DNA from: the human T2T-CHM13v2.0 reference genome, Homo sapiens
Strand: one strand, 5' to 3'
NCBI RefSeq assembly: GCF_009914755.1
Contig: NC_060926.1
DNA length: 64,000 nucleotides
Below are positions 1 to 15,083 of the stretch, piece after piece. Both the position numbers and the translations under genes were made by a program. Position 1 is the first letter of the stretch; the number at the start of each line of letters is the position of its first letter. The notes beneath the pieces are model-generated. The model made no database searches, was not told the origin of the DNA, and worked only from the letters and a program-made list of their open reading frames with translations.

Positions 1-60
1 GTGAAATGGTATCCCGTAGATACACACCATTTTGATGAAAGTCAATCCCCTGTGATCTCA

Positions 61-273
<213 letters not shown>

Positions 274-1751
274 TTAAAAATATGATCAAAACTAATATAA
301 TTCTAATTCCTGAAGTGGGGAGTTAACTTTTAAAAAATGTTTGAAATGGTATTTATTATTCCACAGATAACTCTTTTTGAATGTACAAGGTTACGGTCTT
401 CTCTCCATATAAGCCCCCATGTCTTATAAATGTATAGAAGTATAAAAACTAAACTCATTAACATTAAATACAGATTAGACCAAGCTGCTAACAGTTGATA
501 TTTAGAGCTGCTGTTAAGCTGTAACACTTTTTAAAAATAAGTCAGGAGTCAATGATTCTAATGACAGGCTATCTTTATTATAGTACGATATATGAGTACT
601 ACATCCTTCTCTGAGAGCCAAAGCATTTCCTATAAGCTACCTAGAAATTTAGGCATTTATTGCTAACCTAAGCTTAATATTTGTAAACTCAATCAAGGGT
701 ACTGCTAAGTTACTCAAGCAAGTTGTCTAAATCAGCAGTTTAAATTTCATTTTTTTATGCTGGACATACATATGAAGAGTAACATTTGAGTGTGTAATGT
801 GCTCATAATGGTTGGTCATAAGCTGCAACATTTTAGGACAGACAAAAAGTTACTTGTAATTTCCAGGATAGCAGTTGCAATTTTATTACTTTATCTCCCA
901 TTCAGGAAAACATTTTAGAAGGCCTTCTCTTTTAAATAAATGAGAGGGACATTATTATAGAGACATCATATCATCTCTAAGTTACTTAAATCAAATTTTT
1001 GAGAAATGTGAGAACTTTAATTATTATCGTTGTAACCCCACTGACTTGAATATTTTGCAATTAGTTAAAATAGGTCAGTGGAATGATACCATGGTTTAGA
1101 CACATGCAGCCATATCCTGGTGGGTATTGCTTCATCCCTAAATGAGGAAAGTTTTAGATGCATAAATTAAAAAAAAAAGATGTAAAAGTAGGAAATATTG
1201 TGTGACTTTTGTAAGCAAACTGAATTTAGGATCATACATTTAATTATTTTTCTTTAATATAAAAAATCAAATACCAAGCATTAGACACAAACTATTCGCA
1301 ATCAGCAGGTAATAACTCAAGTATCATGGCACTGTAACTAAAAAAAAAAATCACATCTTCTGTAAGAATGACTCAGCAATGGATTAAATTTTTTTTAACA
1401 TTGAAAAAATTAAGACCTTTACTATCATTCAACTAAATATCACCGTTTATAAAACTTAACACTAAATTTGTATAAGATAAATTACTAAATGATATAGATT
1501 ACATTGCTGACATCAACTTCGATATTTGAATATTGATTTCTCAGCTTCTGCTTTAACAAGGGTACTCATTACAAAGCCAACCTTGTCCACTTCATACTTT
1601 CTGAAATTAAGTAATATTCTAATGTTGCTTTGGCAAAGGTTTTTGAAAAAGGGCATCAGTCAAGCATACTTTGAAGAGCAATATTTCCATCCAGAACATT
1701 TTAGTCATGTACAAGCAGAAGTTAGACTTGTGTATCCCGGTGCTTTGCTTA

Positions 1752-1937
<186 letters not shown>

Positions 1938-2599
1938 TCACAGAATCAAAACACTCTTATTGAGCATGTAATAGCTCCAAAATTTTACTAACTACTATGA
2001 AAAACATGGGTTTACAATCCTTTATCTGAAGCTCTCAAGGCCAAATTTTTAAACATTCTGAAATTTTTGGATTTTAGAAAAGTAACTGTGTGTTTACTTT
2101 AAGTAAATAACACTGATATCTACAGAAAAATTTTAAAATATTTACCCTAAGTGTAATTTTTTTAGAGGGTGATATTAAATGGCTCCAATTAGGTCAGGTC
2201 AAGCTTTGTCTCCAGATGATTTTGCTGCATACATAAGTCTTTTGCATTAAAAACTTTTTGAACTTCGGAATTCAGAAAAAAGAATTGCATAGACATACAA
2301 TCTATATAAGCTCCCTTTCTTCAAAAAATTAAGTCTTTAAACAAGGAGCATTTAAAAATCTCTATATTGTTTCTCCGGGATGAATATTTTCTAGAATAAA
2401 GGGTTAGTGGGAACTATGGATAAAGGTGCACACCTATAAGGCAAATGAAATGCTGGTGGAATATTTTTATACCTTGTCAGAAGATCAAATGTCTGAAAAT
2501 AATGCCCTCAGATGTCCACATAAGAAATGTATTTTTTAAAATGTTTGTACTCCAAGTCATCAGAGAACCTCATAGCCATCACTGAATTATTTCACATTA

Positions 2600-2833
<234 letters not shown>

Positions 2834-3349
2834 CTAGCTTTTCTAAATATCTTTTTTGTTGTGACAATTGCCTACTAGTGGCTACCAGAAAAATATGTGA
2901 TGATTCTAGTTATTAACTACAGAAAAATGTGCACAGCTGAGGATCTTAAAGGAAATACGAAAGAGCCAAACTGTATGGTCTCATTCCCAGATGCCTTATC
3001 TTAGCTGACTTCACTTAGTGTAACAAATTAATTTATGCCTACAATTATGCAATATGGCAGGACACTTAGCTATCTCAAAGAGCAATTTCACACAGCATAG
3101 AGCCGGAGCAAGCATATGTTACAGGCCCAAAATTGAAAATAGGTCATTCAGTGAAAACAAACAAAAATCCCAACAATATTCTAACTTGATTTCTTACTCT
3201 TTGTCTCTGTAAACAAAAGTTTAGATATGTATTTGAGGCACATATATGATCTTAGTTATTCATCTTTAAAGTACATGTTTTTGTGTGTATTTAAAAAGAC
3301 CACAATGAAAGCCAGGGAATTTTACATTTGTCTCCTTATCACTATCTAA

Positions 3350-4030
3350 TCTGAAGACTTCCACTCTTAAAGCAGGAAGTATCTGTCATTAGTCTTCATC
3401 CTTAGATGTGAAGTTACCCAGGATTCTGTCCTTGTTCCCCTGATGTTCTCACTCTTGAATTATTTGCTTAGTTATGTTTATTCACTCTCATTGATTTACT
3501 ACATCCTGAAGACTTTCAATTCTCTATCTAGTTCAAACATCTCAGTTGGTTGTAGGACATCCCCTCAATAGTTTCAAATTTAACAAGCTCATCACTCAGC
3601 TCTTTATCATCTCGTCTTACCCCTTGTTCTCAAACACGTTTTATTTCCATCATTCAGTTAGTGGCATATCATAGCCAAAAGTCTGGAATTATTCTAATGT
3701 ATTCCTCTCATTGACCATCAATTCTCAGTAGTCACCAAGTCCTGTTGCTATTGTCCCCAGGTTTGGCATCTTCTAGCCATCTCACCAGTTACAATCAAAA
3801 TAGTTTAGCTGTTTATGATCTTTTACAGAGAGATATCCTAAATGTCTCCAGCTTCATATTCCATCCTCAGATCCTCAAAAAGCCATGAGAAAAATCAGTT
3901 TAACATATTCATGTAACCATTTATTCTACATTTATCAATTTCCTTGAGAATACAATTTAAGATATTTTGAATGGCCTAATAGACTTGTCACTATCTTGCT
4001 CGTGCCAATCCTGCAGACTCATCCCTTGTC
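3350..4030 (+). mobile_element. Degraded L2 LINE fragment(s)
   Basis: Pyrimidine-rich stretch with L2-like phrases (cccaggattctgtccttg, tcaaatttaac, gtcaccaagtcctg); boundaries approximate. Confidence 0.55.
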
Positions 4031-5129
4031 CCTCTCAATATTTGAGCAATATTGCTTTATTACAGCTTCTTAAATATGTTACACTCCATCCCTGACCTCC
4101 TTGCTTTAAGTGAAATTTGGTCCATTTTCCAAATATACTCCCTCCTCTTTAGGTCTTTTAGGAATGTCTCTTAATTTGCTCAAACCTTATGTCACCTCAC
4201 GTTTGAAAACATCCTCATTTCCTACTACAGCTTCCATAGCTTTATCCTATCTTTACTTTCTATTTTCTAAAATAAACTAAAACAAAATAATGTTATTTTG
4301 AAGGCTAGATATTTGATTATATCTTCACGCTGCTGCTATTTTCTAATTAACTTCAAAATCACCACCTCCGCCCCAGTTTACTGAAGACTAGCACATTCCA
4401 GCATAGTCTTTTAAGATCTCCATTTAAATTCATTCCAGCAACTCAGATGACTTCAATATTCACATGAGGAAACCAACCAGTGAGGCTTCTTAGCTCCTTA
4501 AGTTTCTTATACCCTATGTCCTTTTACTCTAATCTTACGTAAGCCACCACTCTCCTAGGACGTTGTTTACATTGGTGAATTTCAACAAATTTCTATTTTT
4601 GATTCACAGTGGCAGTTTCTGTTGCTTGCTGTTAAGAATGCTAACTTATAGAAACAGTTGCAGCATAAATTTGCTGTTTCCTATAATTTACTTCATTTGT
4701 AAAACCACTACTAGAATGTCCTATTTTGAGCACAATCTCTTTAATGATTTTTAATCCAATCACTATCATTGCAACAACTCTTCAGCTTTATCTTAATTCT
4801 AGCTCATCGATGTAACTACCTTTTCCCTATTCACCAATGATTTTGTCTGTACTTTTCTCCCCATTAATATTTATAGTAACCTATAATATGTTGGATACTG
4901 CTCTAAGTACTAGGTAAGTTTAGAAACCCACTTTCTTCCCAATAACCTGGATTCTCTGGCCCTTTTCTCTTTTTCATCTCAGTTATCCAAAATAACCCTA
5001 AATTTAGGTGAGCGAAACCACCTGCTCTCCCAATATCTGCATCTGGGAAGCCAGAAATGTTGCAGATGATCATACTACAAGGCCAACTGATACCACCAAG
5101 TATGAATATTTATCAATGCTACTTGGAAA

Positions 5130-5131
<2 letters not shown>

Positions 5132-5178
<47 letters not shown>
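5132..5178. repeat. (AT)n microsatellite
   Basis: About 23 perfect AT units. Confidence 0.97.
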
Positions 5179-5179
<1 letters not shown>

Positions 5180-5479
5180 CAAAAATAAGTAGAAATACAA
5201 AGATGGGAAATTTCTTAAGATATTATTAAATAATTACAGATCTACCTGTATCTACATGTAGTCTGTCAACTCATTTCTATATTTTAAGAGCAGAGACAGA
5301 AGAATAGTTGTTTCCTATGTAAAAGTAATCATTTTTCTGGAACTCATTTTCCCATGCCTCTGCAGAAACCATCACATCTTTGCTGAAACATGTTATTACT
5401 TTGGTGTCTCTGGTGCCTCACTCTTCTTTTTTGCAGTGCCTTCTGTGGTCACTTACCTGAGTCTCTTCTGCCAGCTCAT

Positions 5480-6785
5480 CTTCACTTAGGGGCTTGTTGT
5501 CACTCAATATTCTTTGATAATCCCCTTCCTGACCTATCTTTATTTCCACACAGCGTAATCTTGAATATTCCATTGTATTTAATACCACATTTTATGCTGG
5601 TTGTTGAATTTATATCTGTAGACTACCTCTTTCCTTTCAATGTGAGATTCAAGCATCTAATGCCTACTTGAAATCTCTACTCGAATGTCTCCTCAAATGC
5701 ATCACAGTCCAGTCTTCTAATCTTTACTTGCAAAACTGTTCCCTTTCCTGTGACCCTTTCCATTCAAATGGGAAAGCAAAAACAACATACACATTATACC
5801 CCACAACTTGCTGTCTCTCATTCACCATATCCAATCCGTCATTTAATCCAATTTATTCTGCCTTTTATATCATCTTCAAATCTGTCTATATTGTGCTAGC
5901 ACAGGCTGTTGTCATCTCAACCCAAGCTACTAACATAGCTTGCCTAAAGTGCCGCCATGGTGTTAACCACTATTAATCCTTTCTATCCCATATTTGTAAA
6001 CTTTAAATATGACCATGGACCTCCTCTGCTTAAAACTCCTTAGTATTTCCAATTACTTTCCAGCTAAAATTTAGAATCCCCAAGGTTGCAGGTATCTCTG
6101 CTGTCTCTAGTTTCATCCTAAGCAAATACAGATGATCTCCAATTTAACAATAGTTCAATTTAAGGTTTTCTGACTTTATGACAGTGTGAAAGCAATACAT
6201 GTTCTCCTCTACTTACTATGGGATTATGTCCTGATATATCCTTTATATGTTGAAAATATTTTTAAGTCAAACACACACTGTCAATTTACATTATTTCCTG
6301 TTTACAATAGGTTTATCTGGCTACAATCTGGTAAATCCAGGAGTGCCTGTAGCTACCTGGCTCTGTGCCCTCTGGGAACATGGATCCTTCAGTTCCTTGA
6401 GTAAGCCATGGTTTGCTCTGCCCAGAGCTTTCACAAATCTTATTTCCTTTGTCCGCAATTTTGTATCACACTTTCACTCCCAACCTCAAGCCTTTTCATC
6501 TATTCAGCAGCTAAATATTTCCCAGGCCTGAACTAAAATGTTATTTCTCATACTCTATGATTGATAAAGTCTTTCTGTTCCATACTTTTACAAATTACTA
6601 TACTTTATAGTATGTATCACAGTTTGTAAGTATATATTTTTGTGCACATTAATATCCATCTTCCACTAGATTCTAAGCTCTGTGAGGTGAGGGTTCGTGT
6701 TCACTTCTTTCATCATTATATCACCAAAATAATCATGGTCTCTTGCTGAACAAATGTCTATTGAATGAATGAATGAATGAATGAC
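5480..6785 (+). mobile_element. Degraded L2 LINE 3' region, interrupted by a Tigger-type MITE
   Basis: L2 3' hallmarks ttccactagattctaagctctgtgagg and a (TGAA)n tail at ~6763-6784. Confidence 0.65.
6129..6330. mobile_element. MER47/Tigger-like DNA transposon fragments
   Basis: ta-cagatgatctccaatttaacaatagttcaatttaag resembles the MER47 terminal repeat; internal part appears rearranged. Confidence 0.55.
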
Positions 6786-8417
6786 ACCTTTTCTCATGCT
6801 ATTCACTTTGCTTAAGATGTCTTTTAGTCTAGCTCCTTCAACACTGTAGCTTTCTGAATTGTTCTTTAGGTAGAGTTCATTGAATCTCTCTGTGCCTTTT
6901 CCATACTTTTAATTAATTCTATCATTGCTGGAAATAGAGTGTATGAAAATTATTTTTATTTGTCCAGCCAGAATAAGATCTCCTTGTCAAAAAGAACCCT
7001 TTTGTTGTCCTAATTAGCACAATTTCTGGCACATAATAGCTTGACTCAATGTTGATATTGCTCACTGAGAGAAACGCAAAAATGTTCAGACAGTCAATCT
7101 GGATTTTACAAGGTTTCCCATCTGTGCTGTGTGGAATGCTCCTGAGAATCAGTTCATGGCCCTGGAAGCAGCTCTAGGAGAATATGACTCTGCAGCTGTA
7201 CATCAATTATTGAAAATTTCCTATTCCACTCACTGGTTTTGTGGTCAAGTGGAATAGAGAATAGAAAAAAAATCACATAATTGATAAAAATAATAGCTTC
7301 TGGATTGATGTTGGTAGATAAGCTCTCATATTGTTAAATATTTTATGATTCAGAAACAATCTAATCCCTGGTGATTACCCAGAGTTTATTTCTAAGATTA
7401 TGTAAAGAAAACTGAAGCTGAAACTTAGTTGCATTACTCATCATAATGAGTTGTATCTATAGAAAAAAACTCTCCAAAACCTGTTTTTTTTCAACTTTTA
7501 AGTACTTAACAAAATAAAGCTGCCTGCATTTTTGTATTTTTCCCTGCATTTTTGTATTTCAGTAGTGAAATGTCACCATCTATATCTAAATATTGCCTTA
7601 ACTTGATGCAACAAACAGAACAAAAAGTGTAAGTACGTACACTCATGCTGTATTTTCTTTATTTACCTGGTGTGCCACTGAGTTATATCTGATGTGGCAG
7701 CATTTTCCTTTAAAGTATAGGCGAAACTGCATTTCTTGCAGAGATTAGATAAAAAGTATGATAACAGGGACCAAAAATGTTCATTAAAATAGATCCTTTA
7801 TGTTGCTGATCTAAAATTAGACTTTTATATTTGTTGGTCTCATAAGCATACACCGGACAAATGTCAGTCAATTTGGAGAAACTTGGATTTGGAGAAACAA
7901 TAACTTTTGTTAAGACTTTTTAAGTTTAAATGTTAAATAACTCCTAATTTCAGTTCTGTGTTTAAGACTTGTAATGATATAGACAGATATGTGGATAGAT
8001 AGATATACAGATAGATGATTGATAGATACAGAGATATTTCATTAGTGGGTGGCTTGTGAAACTATGAGATTTTATTATTTATATATTTTTAATTTGCTTA
8101 TCTGTATCCCTCCAAAATTAACCTAAACTCCAATTTGATGTGAAGCCAAAATTATTATATGAATCTTATTCAATTAAAATGTCAATTACTCTAAACCCAC
8201 CCAAAGAGACCATAATCTCTCTTCTGAATAGTGTTGACATGTGCAAGTTCAGATTTAGGATGAGTCTCTATAAAGTCATAACTTCGGAACCGGATTATCC
8301 CTTTATTACCTGAACAAAAGCTGTATCTGTGGTTATACTTTATCTACCTAACCCCAGGATGGTATAATTGGTAGTTCACCTCCCCACTTCATTGATTCAT
8401 GCTGGTGCCTGAGATCA

Positions 8418-8588
<171 letters not shown>

Positions 8589-9479
8589 TTAAAACAAAAA
8601 GAAACAAAGAGATTCAGAGTAATCAGTGCCAGTCAGCAGGATCCATATTCTTCTGAATCTTAGCAAACAGTATCTAGTTGACTGCTTCCATATATGTATT
8701 ATATTTATTTCAAGCATAATACCAGGAACAAGTAATATTCAATTTTTTTTAATAACATGTATTCATTGTTGACATTTCAAAACATTCTAATATTACTCTC
8801 ATATATGTCTATTTTTTAGAAAATACTGATGTTAGAAGAAAGTTTTTAAGAATCTAAGTTATACTCTGCTTCACATAATTTTTATGTTACTGAATACACA
8901 GAAATTTATATTTTTTAGTTTTAATTGTAATTATTTAAAATTTGTGTCTTTCTTGGGGAAAAGACATTTTTAGAATTATTAGACAATTTAGCTGTATCTG
9001 AAATACTGATAAACTAGATCACTAAAAACTTAGAATAGCCAGTAAAAATTTTTTTGCAAACACAAAGAAACGATTTTTTAATAGCAGTAAGAATTTGGCC
9101 ATATCATACCATATTTCAGGGTTCTTTTTAAATAAAAGTTGTGCAGTAAAGCATTATTTTTTGGATTGTTAAAATGTTTGCATTTTTCTCTTTTAACAAA
9201 TAAATAAAAACATCAGGAATACAAAAATATTCTCATATAAAATTCTTAAGTACATCTGCCACACGCAAAGGACCTAAGTAATGAATAAATTTGGGTTATA
9301 TGTCTAGAGATGTAGCAATATACAGTGGAGGCTATAATGACTTGAGAGTTAGGAACTGTGGGTCCCAGTCTTGCTTTGGATAACTCTATTAATATCTCTG
9401 GGACTCAATGTTTTTATATGTTATAAAAGAGGTACAGTTAAAGTGATGTATAGCGTCACAGGTGCAAGAAGTACCTGGG

Positions 9480-10960
9480 GAAACAACATAGATATCACAG
9501 TATAGAATTAAGATAAATTAGATTGCTCCCAAAGGGTTACACTACCTAGTTAATCCTCATGTATACGTAAGAGATACAATTCATGGGTTGTCTAGATTTG
9601 ACTTACTGAAGGTATTAACATATTTAAACACACATACATTTACCAAAATATGAGGCAGAGCAGTGACAGTGGTCATCCTTAAAAGCCTAGAAAATGCCTA
9701 GAAAGAGCCATTGTTCCTTTTGCAGATGTACTTTGGAAGGAATAATGTGCCCGAACTTGTGAAGATCAAATAACTCTTCTTGCTGTGAGTTCTGACTTGT
9801 TACACAAATCTCTGATAATTCACATCCAGTAGCAAAAGTTTTAATTTAAGAAGTGATAGAATCAGTTGGATTGTAGAAAGAAAACTCTAGCTCTGGTGTG
9901 GAGAATTCAGAAATGAAGAGAGAGACAGTAAAGACAACACTGGAGGAAAAAGACATATTTCAAGAGAGGTCATGGCAATCCAGAGAAGAACTGATGGTAA
10001 CCTGATCTAGAGAAGCCACAGCTGAGAGCTCTTCAGAAGGAAAACTCCTCAGGACCTGATGGCTAAATAGATGAGAGTGGCAAAGGAGAGTGAGCACATA
10101 AACATCGTACTCATTTTTTAGTGTGTGTGGACCATTTGGTAGATGGTATTGTTCATTAAATAAAGGAACACTGCAGGAGGAGCAGGCTTAAGACATAATT
10201 CATTTGAGGTACCGGTCCATGTGGTGATGTCGAGCAAGCTGGTGGATAAATATGTCTGAAATATAGGATAGGTTTTTGAGCTGTAAATGTGCATCTGGCA
10301 GTGATCAGAATATAGTTATGATTTGAAGTTTAAAAGAGAACACAGAGAAAAACAGATTGGGTAGGTAAAGACGAGTCTACAAAAGAGACTGAGAAAAAGT
10401 AATCAAAATGGTTACAGAAATATCTGGAAAGAGTGATGCCAGACAATACATGGGAAAAGTGTTCTAATGAGAGGGATAGCACATGTAACTAATGCTAAGC
10501 AGGTTTAGTGAAATGGTGGTTGGTTTAATGAAATGATTGTCATTGGCTATTGAATGAGAAGAAGAAGGAGGTGAATGCCAACGTATCTTTCCAGAAGTTT
10601 GGCCATAAAGGGAAGAAAGAGACCAGAAAGTGAGCCTTGTTGCTTGTGTGAGGAAGAACAGATCCCTGAACACATTTAAATGCTTCTGATAATAATTCAG
10701 TAGATAAGACACATTTGAGGGTACAGGAGAGCAAAAGAGTAATTAATGTAATGAGTTTCTGGAGGATCCAGGGAGTGTGAGAGATTTGAGATCGGAGCAA
10801 AATGAATGGAATAGGCTTAGACTGGAAGTGAAACAAATCTTCTGTTTTGGGAGGAAGGAAGGAGGAAAGCCTGAGGACAGCTACAGGCAGATTTGCTAGT
10901 TTGGTGGCCAGATGTTGAAAAATGCTCATGATTGTTATTATTTCTTTAAAGAAGAAGGTG
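9480..10960 (-). mobile_element. Degraded L2 LINE
   Basis: Purine-rich stretch with antisense L2 phrases (ttgaggtaccggtccatgtggtgatgtc, tcagaatatagttatgatttgaag); boundaries approximate. Confidence 0.6.
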
Positions 10961-13900
10961 AAGTTATTAATTAAGAGAGGCAGCTTGGTAACAGATTTGA
11001 GAGAGTTGCCTTTTTAAAAACCTGGTATGATTAATGGCAGAAACATGATTAGGAAAACAAGGGCAAACTGCTTAGTATCTTAAGTAAAAGTTAAAGCTTA
11101 GACCAAGAATTTGTAGTGATATTGATCTGAATAATAGTACAATTGTCTGCAAAAATGCTTAGCAGAACTGGTACAGCTTACATTGCCATCTCTGAGAACC
11201 ACCAAACTAAGAAACAGACAAAGGCAAGAGCTGGGTGAATCCACCAAAGTGAATATCACCATGTGAGACTCCGACAATTGAACATCTGTCATTGGGATAC
11301 TCCTTTCTCTCAAACTTCTGCAATGCTGAGCTCCATACTGCTGTATTTACAATTAATCTCAATTATGAAATCCTGTGCAATAAAATTCAGTACTATTTAA
11401 CAACTGTCTCACTCTGAAAACAATAAAAAAGATAGCATATGCAGTATGCAGTCCTTAGTACTAAAGAAATTAAAGAGATGAGTATCAGTATGAAGTGAGT
11501 ATATTGCCTTAACTCAAAATCAAATGCCTAGAATATGAAGCAGAGTTTCAGCATAAAGATTCTAATGACTAAATCTCATCGCATGCTCCATTTTACAATG
11601 GATTACATTCAAACAAAATTTGTGAACGTTTGACATTCTCTGATTATTTTAGAAAACTCTATTTGTATCATATACATCAGTCTTGTTAAAAAATGAGTTC
11701 CCTAAGGTATTGCATTAGATAACATTATAATTTTCTCCACATGAGTGTTGGATATGCCACTGATTTATTTAAAAGAAGAGAACTATAAATGAAATCATAT
11801 TGTAAGAGAAAGGCAAAGGTTTTGTGATAACCTACTAAAGACTTGATGTTGTACTCCAAAAAATTTGCACTAAAAAAATGCATCATGGGGCTACTGTGAC
11901 ATCTTGAGACTCACTTAAAATTCCTTATTTTGAAATGGCATAAAGCACATATAAACAACAAAAAAGGTATAATTTAAAGAGATTGGCTGAATTAAAATTC
12001 CAGTTTCCTGGTCATGTTCTTAATCAGCTCAACAGAAAATATTAGGAAAATAGAAAAGTATATATGAATTAACAATAATACATCTAAATTATAACAGAGA
12101 CCTTGGAAAGTTCATATAAATCTGGTCAAGTGCATCATCACAGAAAATAAGCATCTAGAGTTCTCATCTTAATTGGGTTGAGAGAAGCTTTAATGCATGA
12201 TAATACTTTATAATTTATTTGACTAACACATTGTTGAGCTGATAATTACTCAAAAGAGAACCCCCCAATCTTTTCCACCAGTATTATATAAAGTGTAAAG
12301 TTTGAAAGCTCAGGCCAAAACAAGCACCACACTTCCTTGAGGTCATATATTTTACCTTCAAAAATGCAAATGCTGCTTTTAATTCCAGAGTATTTTGAAT
12401 TTTTGTCTTTTAAAGTAAACCAGTAAAACTGATTAATTGGGAAACTGTGTCACGCTTATCCTTCAGCTCTCTTATATTCCAGTTCCCAACACTCAGCTCC
12501 TATAAGCTCATGTATCCTGATTGGAAATGAATAGAAATGAGATTTAATAGAAAAGATATTTATTCTGGCATCCCATTTCCTCAATGCCTTAAAATGCCTT
12601 TACCCAATACCTACGCCACTTCCTGGGAGTAAATTAAATACTAGAAATCTAAAGTGGTAATGCCTTAAGGTACATTCATATGGGATCAAATAATGTAACC
12701 ACTAAAATATGTCATTGGAGCTTAATTACCCAGCAGCAAAGAAAACCAAGTTAGAGGTGTGAATGGAGGGGAAAGGGGCTTTGAAACATTTGGAAATGAT
12801 TGAATTAAAGGCTCTCAACTCTTTTTCAGTCATTAAGATTAAATATTTAGTAGAATAATTTTAGATCTGAAAGGTACTTGAGATTTTCTAGTTTGGCTAG
12901 GATACAAATCATAAAGAGGTGCAGTGGAAAGTAAGTCTGGGAGGATAAAATGGGGTCATTTTCTCATAACTGATTACTAGATTGAATTGTTTGTATGTAA
13001 TCAGGTACCTTGAGTAAAAACTGACATAATCGGAAGGACACTTACATAAGATGAACCTTGTAACAGTAAATAGGATGTATTGGAGACCAGTTAGGTGGCA
13101 TCATGCCAGCCCAAGCAAGAAGCAATGGGAGAATGAACTAGGCGGGTGGTAGTGATTGAAGCTGAGCAATAGAGGTGATTCGCTAGAATATGGAAAACAA
13201 GGAGTAGCTTAATTGTCATCCCCAAACCTTTGAACGCAAAAGTCGCATGAGTTATTGCTGCCAGACTTTCCACAATGTTTGCTGTCTCTAGAGTGACCAA
13301 TTACAGAAAGTGAGTGTGAGAACTTAGCCTAAGGTAGAAAGAGCCGTTATAGACATTTAACATTTCATGGGTCTCTATTATAAATGGCAAATTCAAAAGG
13401 AAACTGAAGGCCTACTTTGGGTGCACTGTCTATGAGTTAACCCTGCTCTGCAAGGAGCTGTAAAAAAAAAAAACTATTTTTTTCTGCATAATACAGCACT
13501 TTATCAGGTTTGGGATGGAGATATTATCTAATCATAAACATCTGAAATAATATTAAAGAAAGTAAAATACTGTTTTTCTTAGGTGACTACATATTTACAA
13601 AAGTAACATTTTAGACAGGTTTAAAATACATAAACCTAGAGTGCACATTCAAGTGCCTTAAATCATGTGGCAATATCTAGCACCATCTCTATGGATGATC
13701 TTCCAAATACCAAGAAGTGTAAAATCTATTGAGAGACTTTGTAAGTAGGTCACAAGATATCTTGTATTTAAAAAATATATCTAACAAAATGAAACTAGCA
13801 AACATGGATTAATTTGTGATCATTTTAAGCTTCAGCACACAATTGCTTTGCGAAATAACTCTAAAGAAGTAACAATTGCTACGTTTAATATGGTGGTTTA

Positions 13901-14507
13901 AAACTAAAATGTTGTTATCTGTCAGAAAATAATCTTCGCACAGCTAGGAAATAATATATGACAAAAAGGAAAGTTGTCTTTTAGACTGACAAAAAAATGT
14001 AGGTTATTTTCTCAGTGATACGGCAATAAGGAAATTTAGGGATTTGGGGCACAACCTATAACCTATATATCATACAGCATATGAATGTAAGCAATTGAGT
14101 ATGCCATATGTTGTTCCTATGCTTTCAGAGTAAGGCAAGCAATGTGAAAGGAAAGGATATACAGAAAATTCAAGATATACTTTTGTAGTCATGGTTTCAT
14201 TGGCTACTTTCTCTGTATTCTCCACATATCCCTATACTTGACCCGGCATCTAGTCTGAAATGGTAGACACTCAGTAAACACTTGCCCTGTGTTCGTGTTT
14301 GTCATGCCCAGATTGGGATTATACTCTGTCTGACAATGATCTGGATTTTGCATATTTAGACCAGGCTGCTATGTAATGAAACTTGGAAGAGTAAAGAGAA
14401 TTATTTAAAGATTCTATCCTCTGCCTCTAGCATACACTGTATATTCTGCACAGAACCTTAACTTTCATTCTCTCATTTACAGGCACACACACACAAAAAT
14501 ACCTTAC

Positions 14508-14640
14508 CTCTTTCACAGTTCTCTTCATCACTGCCATCCACACAGTCATGAATTCCATCACACAGCCATCTAATTGGAATACAGTGGGCTTTATTTTTGC
14601 ACCGAAACTGATCTTCCTTACATTCAGTCACACAGTCCAT
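14508..14640 (-). CDS. LRP1B: LRP1B coding exon, LDLa repeat ([44 protein letters not shown])
   Basis: 133 nt, acceptor aacag|, donor |gtaagg, phase 0-1. Confidence 0.95.
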
Positions 14641-14976
14641 CTGTTCAAATACAAATGGACACTGCAGTTTTCATTAATGATAATGATACAATCATGGGCA
14701 AAATAAACATGCAGCTTGTAATACTAGAGCTTTATTATACCATGGGCTTTCTTTCATTTTGTCTTAATGAATATAACTTCTACAAATGAGAATGAGCTTT
14801 AGTATATGGACAGCATGAAAATTCAGGTATTTGCTGAAATGATTGCATTCAATGTACATATCTAACATGTTAAACCATGCTAAGAATCAAGATTCTTTCT
14901 CTTTATTTTCATTACATTTGTTTGCCCAAACCTAATTCATGTAATTCAAATATTTTAATTAAACAATATATTTTAC

Positions 14977-15083
14977 CTCATCTGAACCATCAGCACAATC
15001 ATATTCTCCATTACATTTCAAAGATGCTGAAATACATCCATCACTGGCACATATATATTCACGTGATGAGCAAGTAGGAGAAG
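14977..15083 (-). CDS. LRP1B: LRP1B coding exon, LDLa repeat ([36 protein letters not shown])
   Basis: 107 nt, acceptor ttcag|, donor |gtaaaa, phase 1-0. Confidence 0.95.

Noticed and set aside
7523-7898. Short tandem duplications (cctgcatttttgtattt x2; atttggagaaac x2), and similarly 35028-35065
   Set aside because: Ordinary slippage duplications with no link to any feature.
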